From an uncultured Gammaproteobacteria bacterium (GTDB lineage: Bacteria > Pseudomonadota > Gammaproteobacteria > Steroidobacterales > Rariloculaceae), in assembly GCA_963699925.1 (NCBI GenBank), contig CAVOVT010000005.1, positions 130,612 through 194,611 on the forward strand: DNA of 64,000 nucleotides, given 5' to 3'. A model generated the notes under the pieces. That model did not search any database. It was given only the letters and a program-made list of their open reading frames with translations, and was not told the origin of the DNA. A program made the translations under genes and the position numbers. Positions 55,988 to 64,000 of this stretch are shown here, piece by piece; position 1 is the first letter of the stretch, and every line of letters starts with the position of its first letter.

Positions 55988-56060
55988 GCCGAGCCGCCGC
56001 GCGAGGCACGCGGACTCCGGCCCCAGATCCGATGCGAAGAAGACGCGCTGCGCGAGCGCG

Positions 56061-56849
56061 CTATTTGCCGGAGTGCTCCGACGCCGCGAGCTCGCCGATC
56101 AGTGCGAACAGCTGCTCGTTCCCGCCGGCCATGCCAACGTCCGTCGTGTACTTGCCGTTGACGACGATCGTCGGGACGCTCGCGATGCGGTAACGCCGGC
56201 CGAGCTCGTCGGCGCGCTGCAGCTTCGCCTGCACCTCGGCCGACTCGTACGCCGCCTGGAACGTCGCCGCATCGACGCCGAACGTGCCGAAGAACGCGCG
56301 CAGCTTGTCCTCGGTATCGAGCGAGTCGTGATTGTCCTGGATCTCGCGGAACAGCGCGTCGTGCATCGCGCCGATCTTGCCGAGCGCTTCCGCGGTGTAG
56401 AACGCGCGCGCGTGCGTCTTCGCGACGTCGCTCCAGGCGACCGGCACGCGCACGAAGCTCACGTACTCGGGCTTGCTCGCGACCCAATTCTTCAGCGACG
56501 GATCGAGCGCGTAGCAGTGCGGGCAGCCGTACCAGAAGATCTCGGCGACCTCGACCTTGTCGGGCGGCGAGCTCGTAGGTTGGGTCGGCGACAACCGGTT
56601 GTAGTGCTTGCCGATCTGGAAACGCGCCGACGTCTGCGCCGCCACGCTGACCTCGCTCGAGCTGGCCGGCGCAGGGGCCGGTGTCGCGGACGGCTCGGCG
56701 GACGGCGGCTCGACTTCGTCCGGGACGGTGTTGCCGGCCGCGATGTCCTCGGGCGCCGGCGGCGCTGACTTGCTCGCGGCGGGCGGATTGGAGCCGCCGC
56801 AGCTCGCGACCGCGAGCGCCGTCAGGATCAAGAAGCTGCGAAGGCCCAT
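56061..56849 (-). CDS. dsbA: Thiol:disulfide interchange protein DsbA, lipoprotein form with a ~60-aa Pro/Ala/Ser tether.
   Basis: The ORF is an intact 262 aa. The lipobox is LAVASC|GG and the active site is FWYGCPHCY. ..IASVPTIVVNG.. is also present. Confidence 0.9.
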   Translation of the reverse strand: MGLRSFLILTALAVASCGGSNPPAASKSAPPAPEDIAAGNTVPDEVEPPSAEPSATPAPAPASSSEVSVAAQTSARFQIGKHYNRLSPTQPTSSPPDKVEVAEIFWYGCPHCYALDPSLKNWVASKPEYVSFVRVPVAWSDVAKTHARAFYTAEALGKIGAMHDALFREIQDNHDSLDTEDKLRAFFGTFGVDAATFQAAYESAEVQAKLQRADELGRRYRIASVPTIVVNGKYTTDVGMAGGNEQLFALIGELAASEHSGK

Positions 56850-56877
56850 CTGCGGTGCTCCCTCGCCGCGATCGAGC

Positions 56878-57585
56878 CTAGTCGAGGCCCTGGACGTAGC
56901 TCGCGAGCGCGCGAATCTCGTCGTCCTTCAGTAGCGATGCGACGTTGCGCATCATCTGGTTCGCGTCCGAGGCGCGCTCGCCGGATTTGTACTCCTGCAG
57001 CGTCTTCGTGACGTATGGGGCGTGCTGCCAGCTGATTCGCGGATAGGCGGCGAAAGGATTGCCGTGTCCGGTAGGCCCGTGACATGCGATGCACGCCGGA
57101 GTGCCGCGCGACGGGATTCCGCCGCGATAGATTTGCTGGCCGAGACTCACGAGCGCGGGGTCCGCGCCCTTCGGCGTCGGCTTCTGCGCGGCGAAGTAGG
57201 CCGCGACGTCGGCCACGTCCTGGTCGGAGAGCATCTGCGCGAACGGCTGCATCGTCACGCTCTTGCGCTCGCCGGTCTTGAAGGCCTTGAGCTCGCGCGC
57301 GATGTACTCCGGGTGCTGGCCCGCAAGGCTCGGCCAGTCGGGCGTCACGCTGTTGCCGTCGACGCCATGGCACGCCGCGCACGTGGCCGACTTAGCGCGA
57401 CCGGCGTCGACGGAGCCCTGCGGCGCGGCGGTTTGCGGCGCAGTCGAAGCCGGCGCCGGTTGTGGCGTCGACGGAGCGTCTTGTGCGCACGCGGCAAATC
57501 CGTACGCGGCGCCATAGGCCGTCGTCAAAAGTGCGATGGCGAACGAAGCCCAGGGAGATCTCGTGCTCGTCGGCTGCCCGTTCAC
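56878..57585 (-). CDS. Diheme cytochrome c4.
   Basis: The ORF is an intact 235 aa with two CxxCH motifs (CAACHG and CIACHG), each followed by ..M.. ligand regions. Confidence 0.85.
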   Translation of the reverse strand: MNGQPTSTRSPWASFAIALLTTAYGAAYGFAACAQDAPSTPQPAPASTAPQTAAPQGSVDAGRAKSATCAACHGVDGNSVTPDWPSLAGQHPEYIARELKAFKTGERKSVTMQPFAQMLSDQDVADVAAYFAAQKPTPKGADPALVSLGQQIYRGGIPSRGTPACIACHGPTGHGNPFAAYPRISWQHAPYVTKTLQEYKSGERASDANQMMRNVASLLKDDEIRALASYVQGLD

Positions 57586-57628
57586 GCTGGAGGATTCCTA
57601 TTGATTTAGCTCGAAAACCGGCGGCCGA

Positions 57629-58276
57629 TTGTACACTAAGACCCGGCTCCGAACGCGAGCTCGAGTCCCGAACGTGCCCACACCGATCTTCATCAAGAGC
57701 GCCGCCGCGCCCGCGGATTTTCCGGCAGACGACGGCCGCGAGGTCGCGTTCGTCGGCCGCTCGAATTCCGGCAAATCCACTGCGCTGAATTTGCTCGCGG
57801 GCGTCCGCAAGCTCGCACGCGTGAGCAAGACGCCCGGACGCACGCAGCTCGTGAATTTTTTCGACGTAGGCGAGCAGCGCCGGCTCGTCGATTTGCCGGG
57901 CTACGGCTTCGCGCGCGTTCCGCCTGGCACGCAGGAGCAATGGCGAGAGCTCGTCGAGGCGTATCTGAGCACGCGCCGCTCGCTCGTCGGAACGATCGTC
58001 ACGATCGACATTCGACGCGGGATCACGGAGCTCGACGACACGCTGCTGCGCTGGCTCGAGCCGCTGGATCTGCGAGTGGGCTTGCTGCTCACGAAGGCCG
58101 ACAAGCTCGCTCATGGCGCCGGCATCGCGCGCGAGCGCGAGATCGCCTCAGCCGTCGCGCAGCGCGTGCAGCTCACTCGCTTCTCGGCATTGAACCGCAC
58201 CGGTGTCGAAGTCGCGCGGGGTTGGATCGACGGTTGGATGCAGCGCGACGCGGAGTCCGCGACCGGCGCGCAATAG
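57629..58276 (+). CDS. engB: Ribosome-biogenesis GTPase EngB/YihA.
   Basis: The ORF is intact: ..VAFVGRSNSGKSTALNLL..LVDLPGYGFA..LLTKADKL... Confidence 0.9.
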   Translation: MYTKTRLRTRARVPNVPTPIFIKSAAAPADFPADDGREVAFVGRSNSGKSTALNLLAGVRKLARVSKTPGRTQLVNFFDVGEQRRLVDLPGYGFARVPPGTQEQWRELVEAYLSTRRSLVGTIVTIDIRRGITELDDTLLRWLEPLDLRVGLLLTKADKLAHGAGIAREREIASAVAQRVQLTRFSALNRTGVEVARGWIDGWMQRDAESATGAQ

Positions 58277-58299
58277 AGGTCGAGAGAAAACGTACTGCG

Positions 58300-58346
58300 A
58301 AAATAAAACACCCCGGGTGCGGGATTCAGGGGACACACCCGGGGTG
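58300..58346 (-). terminator. Strong rho-independent terminator. It lies ~110 nt downstream of the polA stop and also forms the 3' end of the sRNA candidate.
   Basis: The minus strand reads CACCCCGGGTG-(16 nt loop)-CACCCGGGGTG, an 11 bp stem with all Watson-Crick pairs, followed by TTTTATTTT. Confidence 0.8.
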
Positions 58347-58420
58347 GGATATCCCGGCGGGGTGGGCCGGGACGTGAGACCCGCTTAGGGAGGATAGCGG
58401 GAACACTCTTCCTGAGTGTC
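58300..58420 (-). ncRNA. Candidate ~120-nt small RNA in the polA-engB spacer. This is the Spot 42/ErsA position. The 5' end is inferred.
   Basis: Four consecutive hairpins are read on the minus strand. The first is ACACUC-AGGAA-GAGUGU. The second is CCCGC-UAUCCUCCCUAA-GCGGG, whose loop is anti-SD. The third is CCCGGC-CCACCCC-GCCGGG. The fourth is the terminator. No ORF is present. Confidence 0.45.
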
Positions 58421-58425
58421 GAGAC

Positions 58426-58455
58426 TTTAGTCCGCGCTCGTTCCCGATAAGTTCC
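58426..58455 (-). promoter_or_regulatory. Possible ECF sigmaE/AlgU-type promoter for the sRNA candidate.
   Basis: The minus strand reads GGAACTT, immediately after the polA TAG, then 17 nt, then ACTAA. The consensus from memory is GGAACTT-N16/17-TCnAA. The -10 match is imperfect. Confidence 0.3.
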
Positions 58456-61208
58456 CTAATGCGCCTCGTCCCAATTTGCGCCGACTCCACTATCGACACG
58501 CAGCGGCACCGCGAGATCCGCGGCGGACTCCATAATTCTTATGATTACCGCGCGTACTTCGTCGACGCGCGCGAGCGGCGCTTCGACGACGAGCTCGTCG
58601 TGCACTTGCAGCAGCAGGCGCGCGCCGTTTTCCTCGCGCGCGAGCCACGTGTCGAGTGCGAGCATCGCGCGCTTGATGATGTCCGCCGCGGTGCCCTGCA
58701 TCGGCGCGTTGATCGCGCTGCGCTCCGCGTACTGACGCAGCGCCGCATTGCGCGCATTGATGTCGGGCAGGTAGAGCCGGCGGCCGAACACCGTGCTCAC
58801 ATAGCCGAGCTCGCGCGCGCTTTGTCGCGTCGCGTCCATGTAGCGCTTCACGCCGGGATAGCGCTCGAAGTAGAGATCGACGTAGGTCTGCGCCTGGCCG
58901 CGCTCGATCCCGAGCTGCTTCGCGAGCCCGAACGCCGACATGCCGTAGATCAGGCCGAAGTTGATCGCCTTCGCCGAGCGGCGCTGATCCGTGCGTGACC
59001 GACTCGAGCGGCGTCGACGAACACCTCCGCGGCCGTCGCCCGATGGATGTCGGTCTCGGTCGCGAACGCCGCGAGCAAGCCCGCGTCGCCCGACAAGTGC
59101 GCCATGATCCGCAGCTCGATCTGCGAGTAGTCGGCCGCGATCAGCTTCGTGCCCGGCGCCGCGACGAACGCCTGCCGAATGCGCCGTCCCTCGGTCGTGC
59201 GGATCGGGATGTTCTGCAGATTCGGATCCGAGGACGACAAGCGGCCGGTCGCGGCTACGGCTTGCCGATACGACGTGTGGATGCGGCCGGTGCGGCCGTC
59301 GATCTCGGCCGGCAGCTTGTCGGTATAGGTCGACTTCAACTTCGAGAGCGCGCGATATTCGAGCACGAGCCGCGGCAAGTCGTAGGACTCCGCGAGCTGC
59401 TCGAGCACGCTCTCGGCCGTCGACGGCTGACCTTTCGGGGTCTTGCCGAGCACGGGCAGATGCAACCGTTCGTAGAGGATCTCCTGCAGCTGCTTCGGCG
59501 ACCCGAGATTGAACGGGCCTCCGGCCGCGTCGTAAGCGGCGCGCTCGGCGGCCGCAATGCTCGTCGCGAGCTCTTGGCTCTGCTGGCGCAGCCGCTGCGC
59601 GTCGACGAGCACGCCCGCGCGTTCCATCCGCTCGAGCACGAGGAGCAGCGGCACCTCGATGTCCGTGTACACGCGCGCGAGATCGGGCAGCGCGCCGAGC
59701 CGCTGCCAGAGCTCTTGGTGTAGGCGCAGCACGAGATCGGCGCTGCCGCCCGCGAACGTCGTCGCGGCCGCGACGTCGAGCTGATCGAACGCGAGCTGCT
59801 TCGCGCCCTTGCCCGCGATGTCCTCGTACTTCGGCGCTGCAAGGCCGACGTAGTGCGCCGCGCACGCGGCCAGCTCGTGATTGGTCGCGTTCGAGTTCAG
59901 GACATACGACTCGAGCATCGTGTCGTGTGCGATACCGCCGAGCGTGAGGCCGTGGTTTGCGAGCACGTGCGCGGCGTACTTGAGATCGTGCCCGACTTTC
60001 GGTTGGCCGCCCGAGAGCCATGCGCGCAAGCGTGCGAGCGCGGCATCGCGTCCGATCTGCTCGGGCGCGCCCGGATAGCGGTGCGCGAGCGGCACGTAGG
60101 CCGCTTCGCCGGGCGCGACGGCGAACGCGAGCCCCGTGAGCTCCGCGCGCACGTAGCCGTCGCCGGTCGTCGCGACGGCGAGCGCCGCGAGTGGCGCGGA
60201 CTCGAGCTTTGCGATCCAGTGATCGAGCTCGACCGCGGTGGTGAGCGTCACGTAGCGGCCCGCGAGCGCGTCGCCGCGCGGCGGCGCCGGAGCCGACTCG
60301 GCGGCGATGGTGCCGGCTCTTTGCGGCGCCGGAGCGCCGCCGCCTGTGATCCGGCGCAGCAAGCGCCCGAACTCGAGGCGCTCGAATACGCCCGCGAGCC
60401 GTGCGACGTCGGGCGCGCGCAGATGCAGATCGTCGAGCGAGAGCGGCAACTCGACGTCGCAGCGGATCGTCGCGAGCTCCTTCGCGAGGTCGAGCATGTC
60501 GAGCGACGCGCGCAGCCGCTCGCCGATCTTGCCGGGCACCTCGGCCGCGTGCGCTTTGAGCGTCGCGACGTCCGGATACTGCTGGAGCCACTTCGCGGCG
60601 GTCTTCGGCCCGACGCCGTCGATCCCCGGGATGTTGTCGAGCGGATCGCCGATCAGAGCGAGATAGTCGGCGATCTGCTCCGGCGTCACGCCGAACTTTG
60701 CCTGCACGCCCGCGCGGTCGAGCTTCGTGTCGTACATCGTGTTCACGAGCGTCACGTGGTCGTCGACGAGCTGCGCGAGATCCTTGTCGCCCGTCGAGAT
60801 CACGGTGTGGCGGGCCGCGCGCGACGCGGCGCGCGCAAGCGTGCCGATCACGTCGTCGGCCTCGACGCCCTCGATCCGGAGCAGCGGGATTCCCATCGCT
60901 TCGATCGACTCGAGCAGCGGCTCGACTTGCGCGCGAAGCTCGTCCGGCATCGGCGGGCGATTCGCCTTGTACTCGCTGTAGAGATCCTTGCGGAACGTCT
61001 TGCCGGGCGCGTCGAACACGACGGCCATCTCGGTCGGCGCATAGTCGTCGAGCAGCTTGTAGAGCATGTTCACGACGCCGAGCACGGCCCAGGTCGGTTG
61101 CCCGCTGGAGGTCGCGAGCTTGGTCTGTATCGCGTGAAACGCTCGATAGAGATAGCCGGAGCCGTCGACGAGAACGAGCGGTTTGGCGCTCATTATCTTC
61201 GCACTCAT
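58456..61208 (-). CDS. polA: DNA polymerase I, with a single frame break near 58990.
   Basis: The 5'-3' exonuclease N-terminus reads ..[16 protein letters not shown]... The polymerase domain reads ..[18 protein letters not shown].., ..[14 protein letters not shown].., ..[12 protein letters not shown]... An alternative ATG is at 61193. Confidence 0.95.
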
Positions 61209-61477
61209 CCTTTGGGGCGCTCGTCATCCTCCGGACGCGGCGTCCCGCCGGGCGCGACGTCGGGCGGCGGCTCCGCCGGCGCGCCGGCCCCGGGCGCTCC
61301 GGTCGGAGGCGTCGGCGCGGCAGACGTCGGCGCGGGAGCGGCGCCTTTGTCGAGCCGCTGGATCGGGCGCTGGGATTCCGGCAGCGTCAGGGGTCCGCGC
61401 TGCCCGCAGCCCGCGAGCGACGCGAACGCCGCGAGTGCGGCCGCCACAGCCAACGTCAGGCGCGCCGCGCGGCTCAT
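61205..61477 (-). CDS. lptM: Small lipoprotein LptM/YifL-like.
   Basis: The ORF is 90 aa with lipobox ..FASLAGC|GQRGPLTLP and a Pro/Ala-rich tail. Both ends overlap neighbours by ATGA (argH stop and polA start). Confidence 0.65.
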   Translation of the reverse strand: MSRAARLTLAVAAALAAFASLAGCGQRGPLTLPESQRPIQRLDKGAAPAPTSAAPTPPTGAPGAGAPAEPPPDVAPGGTPRPEDDERPKG

Positions 61478-62673
61478 GTCCTTTTCGCCGCCGCCAGCTC
61501 GGCCGCGACGCGCCGGTACGCCTCGCGGAACGGCACGCCTTCCTTGACGACGAGCTCGTTCGCGCGCGCGGCCGCGTAGAGCTCGCGGAGCGAGCACGAT
61601 CCGTTCGGCGCGGAAGCGGACGCCCGGCAGCGCGTGCGCCATGATCGCGAGCACCGCGCCCGCGAGGTCGATGCTGCGGAAGAGCGGCGCCTTGAGCCGC
61701 TGCAGGTCGCGGTGGTAGCCCGACGTGAGCTTCGCGGTCAGCGCGAGCGTCTCCTGGAGCGCGCCGAGCGCGGTCGCCTGCGAGCCGCGCACGAGCTCGA
61801 ACACGTCGGGGTTGCGCTTCTGCGGCATGATCGAGGAGCCGGTCGTCATCTCGTCCGGCAGCGTCACGTACGCGAACTCGCTCGTATAGAAGAGGAGCAA
61901 GTCGGACGCGAGCCGGCCGAGATCGCCGAGCAAGAGCGCGATCTCGAAGATCAGCGATGCCTTCCGCCTTGCCGCGCGACAGCTGCACGGCCGTCACGGG
62001 CTCGTGCGTGCGCGCGAAGCCGAGCGCGGCCGTCGTCGCGCTCGCGGTCGACGGGCAGATTCGGGACGCCGTAACCCGCGGCGGAGCCGAGCGGGTTTTG
62101 GTCGGCACGCGCGCGCACGCGCTCGAGGCCTGCGCGGTCGTCCTCGAGCTCCGCCGCGAAGCCGCGCGCCCAGAGCGCGACCGTGCTCGGCATCGCGGGC
62201 TGCATGTGCGTGTAGCCCGGCAGCGCGATCGAGCCCTGCTCGCCGCGACGCGCTCGAGCGCGGCGACGACGCCGTCGGTCGCGGCCGCGAGCTCCGCGAT
62301 CGCGTCGCGCAGATAGAGCCGCAGCGCGACGAGCACCTGGTCGTTGCGCGAGCGGCCGAGATGCACGCGGCCGCCGGCCGCGCCGATCCGCTCGATCAGC
62401 CGGCGCTCGAGCGCGCCGTGCGCGTCCTCGTCGGCGAGCTCGATCGACCACTCGCCGGCCGCGTGCGCGGCGCCGAGCGCCTCGAGCCCCGCGCAGATCG
62501 CGTTGCCAGTCGTCGGCGGCGAGCAGGCCCTGCGCCGCGAGCATCCGCGCGTGCGCGACCGAGGCGCGCACGTCGTACGCGACGAGACGCTCGTCGAGCA
62601 GGTGATCCTCGCCCGCGGTGAAGCGCAGGATCCGCTCGTCGAGCGGCAGGCCCTTGTCCCAGAGTCGCGGCAT
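61474..62673 (-). CDS. argH: Argininosuccinate lyase, frame-broken (~7 breaks).
   Basis: The sequence is [23 protein letters not shown].., ..[18 protein letters not shown].., ..[14 protein letters not shown].., ..[20 protein letters not shown]... Confidence 0.9.
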
Positions 62674-62690
62674 GTCGCTTCTGCTTGGCG

Positions 62691-63623
62691 TTAGCTCGTT
62701 TGTTCCTCGGGCCTCAAGCGCTCGGAGTCGTTGACGACGAGCGTGCCCGTGCCCTCGTTCGTGAACACCTCGAGCAGGAGGCTATCCGGCTGCGAGTACG
62801 AGATCACGTGCACTCGCGGCACGCCGCCCGCGAGCGCGCGCTCGATCGCGGCGACCTTCGGCAGCATGCCGCCGGAGATCTTGCCTTCGTCGCGCAGGCG
62901 GCGCAGGCCCTGGCGGTCGACGTACGAGATCAGCGAGCGCGGGTCCTCGAGCGACTCGAGGATGCCCGGCGCGCCGGTCGCGAGCATGAACTTCTCGGCC
63001 TTGAGCTCGCGTCGCGATCGCGGCCGCGACCGTGTCCGCGTTGATGTTGAGCAGCACGCCGTGGTCGTCGGACGACAGCGGGCTCACGATCGGCACGAGG
63101 TCGTTCTCGAGCTGCTTCGCGATGATGCTCGAGTCGATCCCGTGGATGTCGCCGACGAAGCCGTAGTCGACGGTCTCGCCGGTCGCCTGCTTCACGGGCG
63201 GCCGCTTGCTCGCCTTGATCAGGCCGCCGTCGACGCCGCTGACGCCGATCGCGGGCACGCCTAGCGCGCGGCACACCGCGACGATGCGCGTGTTGATCTC
63301 GCCGTTCAGCACCATCGTCGAGACCTCGAGCGTCTGCGCGTCGGTCACGCGCCGGCCCTCGACCATCGTCGTCTCGAGCCCGAGCCGTTTCGACAGCGCG
63401 GTCAACTGCGGGCCGCCGCCGTGCACGAGCACGACGCGGATGCCGACCTGGTGCAGGATGCCGATCTGCTCCATCAGCGCGCGCGTCGTCTCGGCCGATA
63501 CGAACGCGTCGCCGCCGGCCTTCAGCACGAACACCTTGCGCTTGTAGACGCGCAGATAGGGCGACCGCATGCCGCAGCGCGCGTCACGACGATTGCGCGC
63601 TCGTTGGTCGTGAGTCGGGTCAT
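62691..63623 (-). CDS. argB: Acetylglutamate kinase, frame-broken (~2-3 breaks).
   Basis: The sequence is ..VFVLKAGGDA..VVLVHGGGPQ..LNINADTVAAAIA.., ..GILESLEDP..GGMLPKVAAIERAL... ATG 63623 lies 9 nt after AAAGGA. Confidence 0.85.
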
Positions 63624-63628
63624 CGCGC

Positions 63629-64000
63629 TCATCCTTTGTCCTTCATCATTCGATAGACGACGGCCATCTGCACGACCATCCGGTTGCGCGCCTCTTGAAT
63701 CACGACGCTGCGCGGGCCGTCGAGAATCCGGTCCGCGACGACGACGCCGCGGCGCACGGGCAGGCAGTGCATGAACCGGCAGTCCGGACGCGCGTCGGCG
63801 AACCACGGCTCGTCGACGCACCAAGTGCCGACGTGCTCCTCGCGCAGCGCCTGGTCGCCGAGCTTGTCGCCGTAGAAGCGCGTCGAGGAATACGACTTGG
63901 CGTAGATCGACGTGGGCGCCGCGCATCGCCTCGCGCGCGGTCCGTCGTCTCGGTCACGCTGCCGCCGGACTTCTCGGCGGCCCGGCGCGCCTTGTCGACG
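63629..64000 (-). CDS. Carbamoyltransferase of the N-acetyl/succinyl-ornithine type. Only the C-terminal part is present because the gene runs off the right edge. It has ~2 frame breaks.
   Basis: The sequence is ..GAHV.IYAKSYSS..CVDEPWF..RFMHCLPVRRGVVVADRILDGPRSVVIQEARNR... The HCLPVRR and YAKS motifs match the AOTCase/SOTCase branch rather than classical OTCase (HCLPA); this comparison is from memory. Confidence 0.65.
   Translation of the reverse strand, partial: RRQGAPGRREVRRQRDRDDGPRARRCAAPTSIYAKSYSSTRFYGDKLGDQALREEHVGTWCVDEPWFADARPDCRFMHCLPVRRGVVVADRILDGPRSVVIQEARNRMVVQMAVVYRMMKDKG

Noticed and set aside
58385-58396. GGGAGGA on the plus strand read as the Shine-Dalgarno of a small ORF in the engB-polA spacer
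   Set aside because: No start codon lies within range downstream on the plus strand. The motif is better explained as the complement of the CCUCCC loop of the minus-strand hairpin.
59853-61547. 564-aa plus-strand ORF, and similar cases such as 29772..30935 (-), 20685..21860 (-) and 39096..40457 (-)
   Set aside because: Each is antisense to polA, coxA, spoT or trkA respectively. They have no motifs and show Arg/Ala/Asp-rich shadow-ORF composition.
1-64000. Programmed ribosomal frameshifting, or stop-codon recoding (Pyl/readthrough) for the TAG in trkA
   Set aside because: There are far too many breaks, up to one per ~70 nt. I noticed no shared slippery motif, and both +1 and -1 directions occur. 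I saw no pyl genes or other recoding signals.
1-64000. Mobile elements, CRISPR arrays, tRNA/rRNA genes, and toxin-antitoxin or defence islands
   Set aside because: I scanned for these by eye on both strands. I found no transposase, integrase or recombinase motifs, no regularly spaced repeats, no tRNA-like cloverleaf candidates and no clear accessory-gene block. This was not an exhaustive computational search.

Overview
This is a very GC-rich, gene-dense stretch of core chromosome from a proteobacterium. The gene order looks Gamma-/Betaproteobacteria-like. My best guess is a Xanthomonadales/Nevskiales-like gammaproteobacterium, based on an acetylornithine-carbamoyltransferase-type argF' and the cox-SURF1-ctaA-ctaB layout; this is inference only.

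I recognise about 65 genes, in this order:
- dgt-aroB-aroK, a Big-repeat lipoprotein, and pilQPONM divergent from ponA
- a conserved hypothetical, gltA, rpmE, rdgB-rph-PP2C phosphatase and yicC
- a small membrane protein, gmk-rpoZ-spoT-ridA-recG, ubiA, comF and bioB-bioC
- a complete aa3 oxidase and biogenesis cluster: coxB-coxA-small protein-ctaG-coxC, DUF2909, SURF1, a Sco-like protein, ctaA and ctaB
- uvrD, a secreted protein of unknown function, trkA, a lipoprotein, GST, a TPR protein and a His-tailed membrane protein
- a second coxMNOP-type oxidase cluster preceded by azurin
- dtd, tatABC, POT and OPT peptide transporters, an aminotransferase, lipoprotein dsbA, cytochrome c4 and engB
- polA, lptM, argH, argB and argF'

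I saw no rRNA, tRNA, CRISPR array, transposase/integrase, phage gene or recognisable defence gene. I did not find a convincing novel multi-gene system.

The dominant peculiarity is that roughly two thirds of the genes have broken reading frames: 1-2 nt indels plus one in-frame TAG. The density of breaks varies enormously from gene to gene. As a result, most long ORFs in the six-frame track are either fragments of one gene or antisense GC artefacts. The gene spans below are reconstructed by hand across frames, so boundaries are good to within a few codons and break counts are approximate.

The observations most worth a second look are:
- a structured ~120-nt sRNA candidate in the polA-engB spacer, with C-rich anti-SD loops, a sigmaE-like promoter and a strong terminator; this is the position held by Spot 42/ErsA
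- a 625-aa Ig-repeat lipoprotein inserted as the terminal gene of the pilMNOPQ operon
- the extreme decay of the alternative oxidase/azurin cluster and of the two peptide transporters
- a secreted protein whose mature N-terminus is His-His and which is translationally coupled to trkA
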